Positions 43,168 to 52,801 of a DNA stretch of 64,000 bases are shown here, in pieces. This stretch comes from an uncultured Chloroflexia bacterium. GTDB taxonomy: Bacteria; Chloroflexota; Limnocylindria; Limnocylindrales; CSP1-4. The notes beneath the pieces are model-generated. The model was not told the origin of the DNA. It made no database searches and was given only the letters and a program-made list of their open reading frames with translations. Numbering within the stretch: position 1 is the stretch's first letter; every line of letters begins with the position of its first letter. A program made the position numbers and the translations under genes. The stretch covers positions 64,001-128,000 of the forward strand of contig CAVTHS010000006.1 in assembly GCA_963734535.1 (NCBI GenBank), in the 5' to 3' direction.

Positions 43168-44205
43168 TCAGCGCAGGCCCATCTTCTCCCGGACCTCGGC
43201 CATGGTCGCGTCGACGATCGGGCGCAGGCGCGCCGCGCCGGCCTCGAGCACCCCGTCGACGACCGCCGGGCTCGCCATCAGCTCCGCGTACCGCTCGCGA
43301 GCGGGGGCGTAGTGGCGGAGCATCCGTTCCACGAGCAGCTTCTTGGTGTCGACACAGCCGGTCCGGGCGGTTCGCTCGCCGTCCCAGATCTCCTCGTAGT
43401 CGTCGCCGAAGAACCGGTGGAGCTGGCAGACGTTGCAGACCTCCGGACGGCCCGGGTCCGTTCGCTTGATCCGCTGCGTGTCGGTGACCATGCTCATCAC
43501 CTGGCGCCGGATCTCGTCGGCCGGGGCGAAGATCTCGATCGTGTTCCCGATCGACTTCGACATCTTCCGCACGCCGTCTGTCCCCAGGACCACGGGCGCC
43601 TCGGTGTAGACGGCCTGCGGCTCCGGGAACGTCGGCCCGTAGCGATTGTTGAAGGCCCGCACGATCTCCCGCGAGAGCTCGAGGTGAGCCGCCTGGTCGC
43701 GCCCGACCGGGACCACGCTCGCCTTGTAGAGGACGATGTCGGCGGCCTGGAGCACGGGGTACGTGAGGAGGCCGCTGTTGACGTCCCCGGGCTGGTTCTC
43801 CCGCTTCTCCTTGTACGTCGGCGTCCGCTCGAGCCAGCTCACCGGCGTCACGGTCGAGAAGAGCCACATCAGCTCCGCCACCTCGGGCCGGTGGCTCTGG
43901 ACGAAGAGGGTGCAGGTCTCCGGGTCGAGGCCGAGCGCCAGGAGCGCCGTCGCCATCTCGCGCGTCCGGCCGCGGAGCACGTCCGGGTCATGGGTGCTCG
44001 TGAGGGCGTGGAAGTCGACGATGCAATAGATCGACTCGTACCGATGCTGGAGCGCCACGTAGTTGCGAATCGCGCCCAGGTCGTTGCCGATGTGGGGCGC
44101 GCCCGATGGCTGGATGCCGCTGAAGCAGCGGACCCTGGCGGGCATGCCGGCAGCGTCGGAGGCGGGGGACGCGTCGAGGGTGGGGGCGGAGGCAGGTTCG
44201 GACAT
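43168..44205 (-). CDS. trpS: Tryptophanyl-tRNA synthetase
   Basis: FSGIQPSG, HIGN, YPVLQAADI, VPVGRDQ and KMSKS motifs. Confidence 0.97.
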   Translation of the reverse strand: MSEPASAPTLDASPASDAAGMPARVRCFSGIQPSGAPHIGNDLGAIRNYVALQHRYESIYCIVDFHALTSTHDPDVLRGRTREMATALLALGLDPETCTLFVQSHRPEVAELMWLFSTVTPVSWLERTPTYKEKRENQPGDVNSGLLTYPVLQAADIVLYKASVVPVGRDQAAHLELSREIVRAFNNRYGPTFPEPQAVYTEAPVVLGTDGVRKMSKSIGNTIEIFAPADEIRRQVMSMVTDTQRIKRTDPGRPEVCNVCQLHRFFGDDYEEIWDGERTARTGCVDTKKLLVERMLRHYAPARERYAELMASPAVVDGVLEAGAARLRPIVDATMAEVREKMGLR

Positions 44206-44300
44206 TGCCCGCGAGTGTAGCGGAGCATCGAACGCGACCGCGCAACGTTCGGGCCGACGTGTCCGGGCGCGGCACGCCGCCCCGGGTTGCCGTGGTCGCC

Positions 44301-44604
44301 GTTGCGGGCGCTGCAACAAAACACCGGGACGGGCCGATGAGATCGGGCTTCGTCCCGAATTCGGCCGAGCCGTTGCGCGGCGGGCAACAACTGGCCTGTC
44401 CCGGTGCGCAACGCGCCGCCCGGGATCACTGCCAGCCCGGTCTGTTGCGCCGTGGGCAGCAACTGGCCCGTTTCGGTGCCCAACGCGCCGCCCGCGAGCC
44501 GTGCGAGCCCGCTTTGTTGCACGGCGGGCAACAACTGGCCTGTCCCGGTGCCCAACGCGCCGCCCGGGAGCCGTGCGAGCCCGCTTTGTTGCACCGTGGG
44601 CAAC
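44301..44604. repeat. 72-bp imperfect tandem repeat (about 3.3 copies plus a degenerate upstream unit)
   Basis: GTTGC-N7-GCA(A/G)C units start at 44372, 44444, 44516 and 44588; a degenerate unit starts at 44301. Confidence 0.85.
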
Positions 44605-44694
44605 CCTCGCGTTCGACAGTCCACCGCCGCCTGGCCCCGGGCTGCCGCACCCGGGACGCGGCGGCGGGCCCACGCGTCCGCTACGATCGTGCGG

Positions 44695-45969
44695 ATGTCC
44701 AGGACGCCCTCCCTTCGCGTTGCGGTGCTCGGCGCGGGCACCGTCGGGTGGCCCGTCGTCCGCGCCTTCCTGGAGCGACCCGAGAAGCTGGCGCCGTTCG
44801 ACGGCGTCCCGCTGACGCTCGCGGGCGTCGCCGACAAGCTCATGGATCGCGTGATCGCGCGCGGCGTCCCGGCCGCGATCGTCACGGACGCGCCGGCGCA
44901 CCTCGTGGCGGACCCCGAGGTGGACGTCGTCGTGGAGCTGATGGGCGGCGACGAGCCGGCCCGGACGCTGATCGCGGCGGCGCTGGGGGCAGGGAAGCGC
45001 GTCGTCACCGCCAACAAGCACGTGGTTGCGCACCACGGCGCGGCGCTGGAGGCGACGGCCCGCGAGCACGGTGGCGCCTTCCGGTTCGAGGCGGCGGTCG
45101 GCGGCGGCATCCCGATCCTGGGTCCGCTCGCGTCCGACCTCGCGGCCAACGAGGTCCACCAGGTCCGTGGCATCGTGAACGGGACGACGAACTTCATCCT
45201 GACGTCGATGCGCGAGCAGGGGCGCGCGTACGCCGACGCCCTGGCCGAGGCGCAGGCGCGTGGCTATGCGGAAGCCAACCCGCGCGGCGACGTCGAGGGC
45301 GACGACGCGGTCAACAAGGTCGTGATCCTCGCCCGCCTCGCGTTCGGTGCGTGGCTTGCTCCCGCCGACGTGCGCATTGCGCCACCGACCCTGCGGGGTA
45401 TGGGACGCCCCGGGATCACGGGCGTCACCGTCGACGAGGTCGCCGCCGCCGGAGCGCTCGGCCTGGCGCTCAGGCTGATCGCCCTCGCCGAGATCGGCGC
45501 GGACGGCCGCCCGGCCGCGTCCGTTCTCCCGAGCGCGGTCGATCGGGACAGCCCGCTGGGTCGCACCGACTGGGTCCTCAATCGCATCGAGGTCGTGGCG
45601 GACCCCGTCGGGACCGTGGCATTCACCGGCCCAGGAGCAGGCGGCGACGCGACGAGCAGCGCGGTCCTCGGGGACCTGCTGGCATTCGCCCGCGGCGGCG
45701 GCAGCACGTGGGCGGGGCTCGCACCGGCGTCCGAGGCATCGCCCGGCGGGGATGGAGCCGATCCGCTCGCCGCCCCCCGTTCGTGGTTCGCGTTACTGCC
45801 CGGGGCCGTGGCCGACCAGGTGACCCTCGGCCCGGGGGCCGCGATCGCCGCTGTCCGGGGCGGCACCGCCGTCCGCACCGGCAGGCTGTCGCTCGAGCAG
45901 GTCCGTGCGGCGCTGCTGACGGTCGTCGCGGACGGCATGGACGTCACGCTCTACCCGGTCGTCGAGTGA
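44695..45969 (+). CDS. hom: Homoserine dehydrogenase
   Basis: LGAGTVG, VVTANK, FEAAVGGGIP, GIVNGTTNFIL and GPGAGG motifs. Confidence 0.95.
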   Translation: MSRTPSLRVAVLGAGTVGWPVVRAFLERPEKLAPFDGVPLTLAGVADKLMDRVIARGVPAAIVTDAPAHLVADPEVDVVVELMGGDEPARTLIAAALGAGKRVVTANKHVVAHHGAALEATAREHGGAFRFEAAVGGGIPILGPLASDLAANEVHQVRGIVNGTTNFILTSMREQGRAYADALAEAQARGYAEANPRGDVEGDDAVNKVVILARLAFGAWLAPADVRIAPPTLRGMGRPGITGVTVDEVAAAGALGLALRLIALAEIGADGRPAASVLPSAVDRDSPLGRTDWVLNRIEVVADPVGTVAFTGPGAGGDATSSAVLGDLLAFARGGGSTWAGLAPASEASPGGDGADPLAAPRSWFALLPGAVADQVTLGPGAAIAAVRGGTAVRTGRLSLEQVRAALLTVVADGMDVTLYPVVE

Positions 45970-47093
45970 CCGGCCTCGAACGGGGCCAACCGGGCGCGGA
46001 GCGGGGACCCGGGAGCCTGCCGTCGAACACCCCGCGTCCGCGGCTGCTCGAACGCTACCGCGCGTTCCTGCCGCTGACCGACGCGACGCCCATCGTCAGC
46101 CTGGGCGAAGGGGCGACGCCGCTCGTCCACGCGGAGCGACTGGGCGCGGCGTGGGGGATCCCGAACCTCCACCTCAAGTTCGAGGGGATGAACCCGACGG
46201 GCTCGTTCAAGGACCGGGGCATGGTGCTGGCGGTCGCGAAGGCGCTCGAGGAGGGCGCCCGCTCGATCGTGTGCGCCAGCACCGGCAACACGTCGGCGTC
46301 GGCGGCGGCCTACGGAGCGGCGGCCGGTCTCGAGGTCGTGGTCGTGCTGCCGGCGGGCAAGATCGCGGCCGGGAAGCTGCTCCAGGCCCAGGCGGCCGGC
46401 GCCCGGGTCCTCGCGGTCGAGGGGAACTTCGACGCGGCCCTGCGCATCGTGCGCGAGCTTGCGGAGCAGGACGAGCACCCGATCACCCTCGTCAACTCCG
46501 TCAACCCGTTCCGCCTGGAGGGTCAGAAGACCGCGGCGTTCGAGGTCTGCGAGGACCTGGGGCAGGCCCCCGACATCCTCGCGATCCCCGTCGGCAATGC
46601 CGGGAACATCAGCGCGTACTGGATGGGGTTCCGCGCCTGGCACGCGGCCGGGCGGATCGAGACGCTGCCCCGGATGTGGGGCTTCCAGGCGGAGGGCGCC
46701 GCCCCGCTCGTCCTCGGCCACCCGGTCGAGCACCCGGAGACGTTCGCGACCGCCATCCGGATCGGGAACCCGGCCTCGTGGCAGAAAGCCATCGCGGCCC
46801 GCGACGAATCGGGCGGCCTCATCGAGTCGGTCGGCGAGGACGAGATCTTCGATGCGTATCGCGACGTCGTCCGCCTGGCCGGCATCTTCTGCGAGCCCGC
46901 GTCCGCGGCCAGCCTCGCCGGGGTTCGAAAGCTTCGCCTCGCCGGTCGACTCGACGCGGACGCGCTCGTCGTCTGCGTCCTCACCGGGCACGGGCTCAAG
47001 GACCCGGACACGGCTGGCCGCCTGGCCGACCCGCTCGTGACGGCTGCGCCCACCCTGCCCGCGGTGATGGAGGCCCTCGGATGGCACTTCTGA
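45966..47093 (+). CDS. thrC: Threonine synthase
   Basis: NPTGSFKDRG, CASTGNTS, VNSVNPFR and PVGNAGN motifs. Confidence 0.96.
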   Translation: MTGLERGQPGAERGPGSLPSNTPRPRLLERYRAFLPLTDATPIVSLGEGATPLVHAERLGAAWGIPNLHLKFEGMNPTGSFKDRGMVLAVAKALEEGARSIVCASTGNTSASAAAYGAAAGLEVVVVLPAGKIAAGKLLQAQAAGARVLAVEGNFDAALRIVRELAEQDEHPITLVNSVNPFRLEGQKTAAFEVCEDLGQAPDILAIPVGNAGNISAYWMGFRAWHAAGRIETLPRMWGFQAEGAAPLVLGHPVEHPETFATAIRIGNPASWQKAIAARDESGGLIESVGEDEIFDAYRDVVRLAGIFCEPASAASLAGVRKLRLAGRLDADALVVCVLTGHGLKDPDTAGRLADPLVTAAPTLPAVMEALGWHF

Positions 47094-48043
47094 GCAACCT
47101 GGCCGACCTCGATGGCCGCCGTATTGCCGTGGAGGTCCCGGCGACCAGCGCGAACCTCGGGGCCGGCTACGACACGCTGGCGGTGGCGCTCGAGATCGTC
47201 GACCGGATCGAGGTGGAGGCGATCGCCCGGCCCGGCGTCGGAGTCGAGCTCAGCGTGGACGGCGAGGGCGCCGGCGAGCTGCCGGCCGACCGGTCGAACG
47301 GATTCGTGGTCGCGCTCGAGCGCGGGCTCGTCGAGGCGCGCGGGAGCGCACCAGATGGGTTGAGCTGGCGCATCGAGATGGTGAACCGGATCCCGCTCAG
47401 CCGCGGCCTGGGCTCGTCCGCCGCGGCGACCGTGGCGGGGCTCCTGGCCGGTGCCGCGCTCGGCGGGCTGACGCTGACGACGGATCGGGCGCTTGCGCTG
47501 GCCACCGAGCTGGAGGGCCACCCCGACAACGCGGCGGCCGCGCTGCTCGGTGGCTTCACGATCGCGGCCCACGGGGATTCGCCCACCGCGATCCGGTTCG
47601 ACGCTCCTCGCGACCTTCGGGCGGTGCTCTTCATCCCGGAGCTGCGCCTCTCGACCCGCGCGATGCGCGCGGCCCTGCCGGCAACCGTTCCGCTCGCCGA
47701 CGCGGTGGCGAATCTTCAGCGGGTGGCGCTCGGCGTCGCCGGGCTCGCGACGGGCAGCCCGGACTTCCTGCGCCACCTCACGGTCGACCGGCTTCACGAG
47801 CCGTACCGCGCGGCCGTCTACCCGCAGCTGCCCGATCTCGTGGCCGCGGCCCGGGCGGCGGGCGCCCTGGGTGCGTGTCTCTCCGGCGCCGGCAGCACCG
47901 TGATCGCGTTCGTGGACTCGATGCGCTCGATCACCCGGCTCCAGGGCGCCTTCCGGGCAGCCTCGGCGGACCTCGACCTGCCGGGCCGGGTCGAGGTCGT
48001 CGCGCCGAGGAATGCTGGCGCGCGGATCCTGCCGGAGGGGTAG
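47081..48043 (+). CDS. thrB: Homoserine kinase
   Basis: PATSANLG, IPLSRGLGSS, EGHPDN and LSGAG motifs. Confidence 0.95.
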   Translation: MALLSNLADLDGRRIAVEVPATSANLGAGYDTLAVALEIVDRIEVEAIARPGVGVELSVDGEGAGELPADRSNGFVVALERGLVEARGSAPDGLSWRIEMVNRIPLSRGLGSSAAATVAGLLAGAALGGLTLTTDRALALATELEGHPDNAAAALLGGFTIAAHGDSPTAIRFDAPRDLRAVLFIPELRLSTRAMRAALPATVPLADAVANLQRVALGVAGLATGSPDFLRHLTVDRLHEPYRAAVYPQLPDLVAAARAAGALGACLSGAGSTVIAFVDSMRSITRLQGAFRAASADLDLPGRVEVVAPRNAGARILPEG

Positions 48044-48077
48044 TCGCCAGGTCGCGCCGCGCCAAGGCGCGCCTCCT

Positions 48078-48190
48078 CGGTTCGCGGCCGGTCGCGCCGG
48101 TTCGCGGCCGGTCGCGTCGGTTCGCGGCCGGTCGCGTGGGGGCCGGCGCGTCGCGTGGGGTCGCGGCGCGGTCGCGTGGGGCCGGCGCCG
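48078..48190. repeat. About 20-bp imperfect tandem repeats between converging thrB and the dienelactone hydrolase
   Basis: GGTTCGCGGCCGGTCGCG x3, then GTCGCGTGGGG variants. Confidence 0.7.
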
Positions 48191-48231
48191 GTGGTCTCGC
48201 CCCTGTCGGGCCGCTTGCTCGGCCAACCTCC

Positions 48232-49011
48232 CTACGCGGCGGGCGTGTTCGCCCGGATGAACTCGAGGACGCGCTCCCAGGCATCCGCCGAGGCGTCCGC
48301 ATAGTCCTCCTGCTTGCGATCGAAGAACGAGTGCGGCGCTCCCGGGTAGGTCACGACCTCGTTCGGCACGCCCGCCGCCGAGAGGGCCGCCTCGAACGTC
48401 TCGACCGCGTCGCTCGTGATCCCCTGGTCGGCGCCGCCGAAGATGCCCAGCACGGCGCCGCGCATCAGCCCCGTCGAATTGGCCGGGGCAGGGACGTCGC
48501 TCCGGGCGCTTCCCACCGGCCAGCCGTAGAAGCCGATCACGCCTGCAAGGCCGAGACCCATCGTCGCCGTCATGTATGCGAGCCGCCCGCCGAAGCAGAA
48601 GCCGATCGTGAAGATCGCCCGGCCCCGCCCCTCGCCGAGGTCGCGCAGGCGCTCCGCTGCCGCCTGGACGTCCCACGACAGGCTCGAGAACCGCGTCTCG
48701 CCGACGTGCGTCATGAAGTCGAAGTCGCCGGACCGCTCGCGGACGCCGATCCCGGCGGTACGGCCGAAATAGTCGACCGCCAGCGCGTCGATCCCGGCCT
48801 CCGCGAACCGCAGGGCGAGCTCCTCGTAGTAGGGATGCAGGCCGCGAACGTCGGGAAGGATGACGATCGCGGCCCCGATCGGCTTCTCTGCGCGCGCCAG
48901 GAGACCCGCGAACCGCCCCCCGTCGCCGGCCCGCAGGACCAGCTCCTCGGTGTCGATCGCGCCGCCCGCGATCGGGGCGATCGGCGGCTGGCTGTCGAGG
49001 TCGAAGCACAT
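48232..49011 (-). CDS. Dienelactone hydrolase family protein
   Basis: GFCFGG nucleophile, GADQGI and YPGAPHSF motifs. Confidence 0.9.
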   Translation of the reverse strand: MCFDLDSQPPIAPIAGGAIDTEELVLRAGDGGRFAGLLARAEKPIGAAIVILPDVRGLHPYYEELALRFAEAGIDALAVDYFGRTAGIGVRERSGDFDFMTHVGETRFSSLSWDVQAAAERLRDLGEGRGRAIFTIGFCFGGRLAYMTATMGLGLAGVIGFYGWPVGSARSDVPAPANSTGLMRGAVLGIFGGADQGITSDAVETFEAALSAAGVPNEVVTYPGAPHSFFDRKQEDYADASADAWERVLEFIRANTPAA

Positions 49012-49578
49012 GGCGGGCGGATCCTCCGGAGCTTGACTGGATGCGCTCTTTGGGGAACGGTTGGCTTCGGCGGCCGGTACGGCGGGTCGTGCCGGTCCCG
49101 GGGCAGGGCCGGCGAGACAGCCGTTCGTGGCCGCGGTTGCGCGCATCCTGCCACGTTCGCGGGTTTCGACGGAAGTCCGGGGCCGCGTTCTGCCCCGACC
49201 GCGGTCACCGGGCCCGGTCGGGCCGGGCGGATCGGGTCGGCACGGACCGGGAACACGGCCCCGGGCAGCCGCTCTCGTGCGTGCCGGGCGGGTCGGCTCG
49301 GGCCGGGCAGCCGCGCTCAGGTCGGGCCCGGCGGGCTCGGTCGGCCGGGCAGCCGCGCTCGTGCGGGCCGGGCGATGGCCCGCCCGGAGAGATCGAAGCA
49401 CCCCGGGGTGGAACGCGGGGGTCGAACTCATCCCGCTCCCGAATCACCGAGACAGCAACCAGGCGACTGGTAAGCATCTCGTGCGCGGTTCTCGACCGGT
49501 CCGCACCCGGGCCTTCGGACCGATTGAGCACGGGTTGCAGGGTCGCCGGGCCGCCGTCGCCCGGCACGGGCAGGACGA

Positions 49579-49738
49579 CGCCACGTACCAGCACCGGGGC
49601 GCATATCCCGGAGCAACGGCGGCCCGTGCGCCACGTACCAGCACCGGGGCGCATATCCCGGAGCGATGGCGGCCCGTGCGCCACGTACCAGCACCGGGGC
49701 GCATATCCCGGAGCAAGAGCGGCCCGCGCGCCACGTAC
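49579..49738. repeat. 50-bp tandem repeat, 3 copies plus a partial, upstream of lysC
   Basis: CCACGTACCAGCACCGGGGCGCATATCCCGGAGC at 49581, 49631 and 49681; partial at 49731. Confidence 0.9.
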
Positions 49739-49877
49739 GACTGGCGTCCGGTCTCCTATCCGAAGACGCGCGCATGCGGCACGGCCGATCCCGGCCGTCG
49801 GTGCCCTGCCGGCTCCCCACGTGGCCCTCGCTCCCGTCCGCCGCCTCGAACCCGGCGCGCCGGTACAATCCGGGCCG

Positions 49878-51155
49878 ATGTCGCATCCCCTCGTCGTCAT
49901 GAAGTTCGGCGGCTCGTCCGTGGCGAACGCCGATCGGATTCGCCGCGTCGCGCGCCGGATCGCCCGTGCTCGCGCGCACGGTGCCGACCTGTGCATCGTC
50001 GTATCGGCGATGGGCGACACCACGGACGAGCTGCTCGCCCTCGCGGCCGCGATCACGGAGGAGCCCGACGCGCGCGAGCTCGACATGCTCCTCGCCACGG
50101 GCGAGCACCAGAGCGCGACCCTCGTCTCCATGGCGCTCCACGCGCTGGGAGTGGCCGCGATCAGCCTGACCGGCGCGCAGGCCGGGATCACCACGGACGG
50201 TACGTACGGCCGCGCGCGGATCGCCGGGATCGATCCGGCCCGCATCCGCGCCGAGATGGCCGCCGGCCGGGTCGTCATCGTGGCGGGCTTCCAGGGCACG
50301 AGCGCGGCCGCGATGGAGCTCGCCGAGACCACGACGCTCGGGCGGGGAGGCTCGGACACGACCGCGGTCGCGCTCGCCGCGGCGTTGCGCGCCGACCGCT
50401 GCCAGATCTACACGGACGTCAAGGGGATCTACACGGCGGACCCGCGGATCGTGGACGACGCCCGGCAGCTCCCGGTGATCGGCTACGAGGAGATGCTGGA
50501 GCTGGCCCACCAGGGTGCCCAGGTCATGCAGGTCCGGGCCGTCGAGCTCGGATGGGTCAACAACGTCGTCATCGAGGTCCTCAGCTCCTTCGAGGAGGCG
50601 CCCGGGACGTTGATCAGGGAGGACCCGCTCGTGGAGCAACGCAACAAGGTCCGCGGGATCGCCCACGACCGGAACGTCGCGAAGGTCACGCTTGTCGCGG
50701 TGCCCGACCGGCCGGGCGTGGCACGTGCCGTCTTCGCGCCGCTTGCCGAGCAGGGCATCAGCGTCGACATGATCGTCCAGAACGTCGGCCACGGCGGCGC
50801 AACCGACATGAGCTTCACCGTGCCGCGCGGCGAGCTGGCGAAGGCGAAGCGCGTCCTCGAACCGATCGTGCGTGAGCTCGGCTTCCGCGAGATGACCACC
50901 GATGCGTCGATCGCGAAGGTCTCGATCATCGGGGCGGGCCTCCACAACGCCCCGGGGTACGCGGCGCGGATGTTCGGGACGCTTGCCGACGCCGGCGTGA
51001 ACATCGAGATGATCTCCACGTCCGAGGTGCGGATCACGTGCACGATCGCGGAGGACCAGCTCGAAGCCGCCGCGACCGCGCTCCACGCCGCGTTCTCGCT
51101 GGCGGTGCCGGACCCGCTCGATGCCGCCGTCGCCACGCCGGAACCGGCCGGCTGA
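49878..51155 (+). CDS. lysC: Aspartate kinase (two ACT domains)
   Basis: VMKFGGSSV, VVSAMG, TTLGRGGSD, DMIVQN and MISTSEV motifs. Confidence 0.96.
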   Translation: MSHPLVVMKFGGSSVANADRIRRVARRIARARAHGADLCIVVSAMGDTTDELLALAAAITEEPDARELDMLLATGEHQSATLVSMALHALGVAAISLTGAQAGITTDGTYGRARIAGIDPARIRAEMAAGRVVIVAGFQGTSAAAMELAETTTLGRGGSDTTAVALAAALRADRCQIYTDVKGIYTADPRIVDDARQLPVIGYEEMLELAHQGAQVMQVRAVELGWVNNVVIEVLSSFEEAPGTLIREDPLVEQRNKVRGIAHDRNVAKVTLVAVPDRPGVARAVFAPLAEQGISVDMIVQNVGHGGATDMSFTVPRGELAKAKRVLEPIVRELGFREMTTDASIAKVSIIGAGLHNAPGYAARMFGTLADAGVNIEMISTSEVRITCTIAEDQLEAAATALHAAFSLAVPDPLDAAVATPEPAG

Positions 51156-51165
51156 TCGGCAGCCG

Positions 51166-52107
51166 GTGACGCCCTTCATCGCCCGCCAGGAGCGTTTCGC
51201 GCAGGTCGGCTCCACCCAGGACGTGGTCCGCGCGTGGCTCGCCGCTGGCACCCCGGAGGTCTGCCTCGCCGTCGCCGACGAGCAGGCCGCGGGCCGCGGC
51301 CGTTCGGGCCGGACGTGGGTCGCGCCGCCGGGGCGTGCGTTGCTCCTCTCACTCGGGTTTCGCCCGACGTGGCTCGTGCCAGAGCATGCATGGCGGCTGG
51401 CCGCGACGGTGAGCCTGGCGATGGCCGACGCGGCCGAGGATGCCGCCGGGCTCCGCGATCGGGCGATCCGCCTCAAGTGGCCGAACGACCTCGTCGTCGA
51501 GGAGGATGCGCCCGGGGAGGCGGGGACCGGGTTCGGAGGGGGCGCCGTGCGCAAGCTCGGCGGCGTCCTCGGCGAGACCGATGGACTCGGGACGGCCGCG
51601 CCACAGGTCGTGGTCGGGATCGGGATCAACGCCGACTGGGCTGCCGGCGAATTCCCACCCGCCCTCGCGGAGATCATGACGAGCCTGCGCGAGGCGTCGG
51701 GCGGCCGGCCGATCAGCCTCGCCATCCTGCTCGACGGCTTCCTCTCTCGCCTCGAGGCGCGCGTCGAGGCGCTCCGGGCGGGCCGCTTCGACGTCGGCGA
51801 CTGGGTGGCCAGGCAGCTCACCACGGGCCGTCTCGTGCGGCTGGAGGGGCACGGGCCGGTCGCGGAGGAGCGGCTGGCAGTCGGCGTGGACCCGGCGACG
51901 GGAGCCCTCCTCGTCGCGGACGACGCGGCGCCGGGCGGGGAGCGCGCGGTCCACGCCGGCGAGGTCACCCGTATCCGGCTGGCAGGCCCGGCGAGTCCGG
52001 GGACCGGGGCACCGCCGCCGGGTGTCGAGCGGCCATCCGCGGCCGGCGCGACGCGATCGACCCCCGCGGCCGGCGCGACGCGATCGACCCCCGCGGCCGG
52101 CGCGTAA
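51166..52107 (+). CDS. birA: Biotin-[acetyl-CoA carboxylase] ligase (no HTH)
   Basis: STQD, QAAGRGRSGRTW, KWPND, KLGGVL and GIGIN motifs; 27-bp repeat at the 3' end. Confidence 0.92.
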   Translation: MTPFIARQERFAQVGSTQDVVRAWLAAGTPEVCLAVADEQAAGRGRSGRTWVAPPGRALLLSLGFRPTWLVPEHAWRLAATVSLAMADAAEDAAGLRDRAIRLKWPNDLVVEEDAPGEAGTGFGGGAVRKLGGVLGETDGLGTAAPQVVVGIGINADWAAGEFPPALAEIMTSLREASGGRPISLAILLDGFLSRLEARVEALRAGRFDVGDWVARQLTTGRLVRLEGHGPVAEERLAVGVDPATGALLVADDAAPGGERAVHAGEVTRIRLAGPASPGTGAPPPGVERPSAAGATRSTPAAGATRSTPAAGA

Positions 52108-52128
52108 CGGACGGGTGGGCGCGGTGTT
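52104..52128 (+). promoter_or_regulatory. Putative ECF-type autoregulatory promoter GTAAC-N17-GTT
   Basis: GTAAC at 52104-52108 and GTT at 52126-52128, 7 nt before an in-frame GTG of the ECF gene. Confidence 0.45.
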
Positions 52129-52135
52129 GGGACGG

Positions 52136-52801
52136 GTGAGGGAACGCGGAACGCTCCGCAGCTCCGGGCGGGTGGTGCCGCTCGACCAGGACCGGGCGCT
52201 CGTGCGAGCCGCCCAGGCCGACCCGCTGCAGTTCGACCCGCTCTACCGGAAGTACCTCGCCCAGGTCTACAACCTTGCCTATCACGAGCTCGGTGATCAT
52301 CACGAGGCGGAGGACGTGACGGAACGCACGTTCATGCTCGCCCTCGGCGGGCTGCCGCGATTCCGGGAGACCGCGCCCGACGACGCGGGCCCGGAGGCAT
52401 CGACGTTCCGCATCTGGCTCTTCCGAATCGCCCGGAACGTCGTCGCGAACCATCGCCGCACCGTGCGACGTCGGCCGACGGCGCCGCTCGAGGCCGCCGC
52501 TGGCGTGGCCGCACCGGACGACGTGGAGGGCGGCGCCATCGCCCGGTCCGAGGCATCGGCCGCGTGGGCGGCGGTGCGCCGGCTGCCGGGTGACCGGCGG
52601 CGTGCCGTGGTGCTCCGCTTCGTCGATGACCTGAGCACCGCCGAGATCGCCGGGATCCTCGAGCGTTCCGAGGGCGCGGTCCGGGTGCTGCTCCACCGCG
52701 CGCTGCGAAGCGTGGCACGCGAGCTCTCGCGCGACGACGATCGCGGACGCTCGGGCCACGGCCGGGGCCGCGACCGGGGCAGCCAGCGAGGCTCCCAGTG
52801 A
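52136..52801 (+). CDS. ECF RNA polymerase sigma factor (start uncertain)
   Basis: FDPLYRKY, AEDVT..F, WLFRIARN and LSTAEIAGILERSEGAVRVLLHRA motifs. Confidence 0.92.
   Translation: MRERGTLRSSGRVVPLDQDRALVRAAQADPLQFDPLYRKYLAQVYNLAYHELGDHHEAEDVTERTFMLALGGLPRFRETAPDDAGPEASTFRIWLFRIARNVVANHRRTVRRRPTAPLEAAAGVAAPDDVEGGAIARSEASAAWAAVRRLPGDRRRAVVLRFVDDLSTAEIAGILERSEGAVRVLLHRALRSVARELSRDDDRGRSGHGRGRDRGSQRGSQ

Noticed and set aside
49579-49738. Possible CRISPR array (also 44372-44604 and 63217-63485)
   Set aside because: Intervening sequences are near-identical and short, not unique spacers; no cas genes are present
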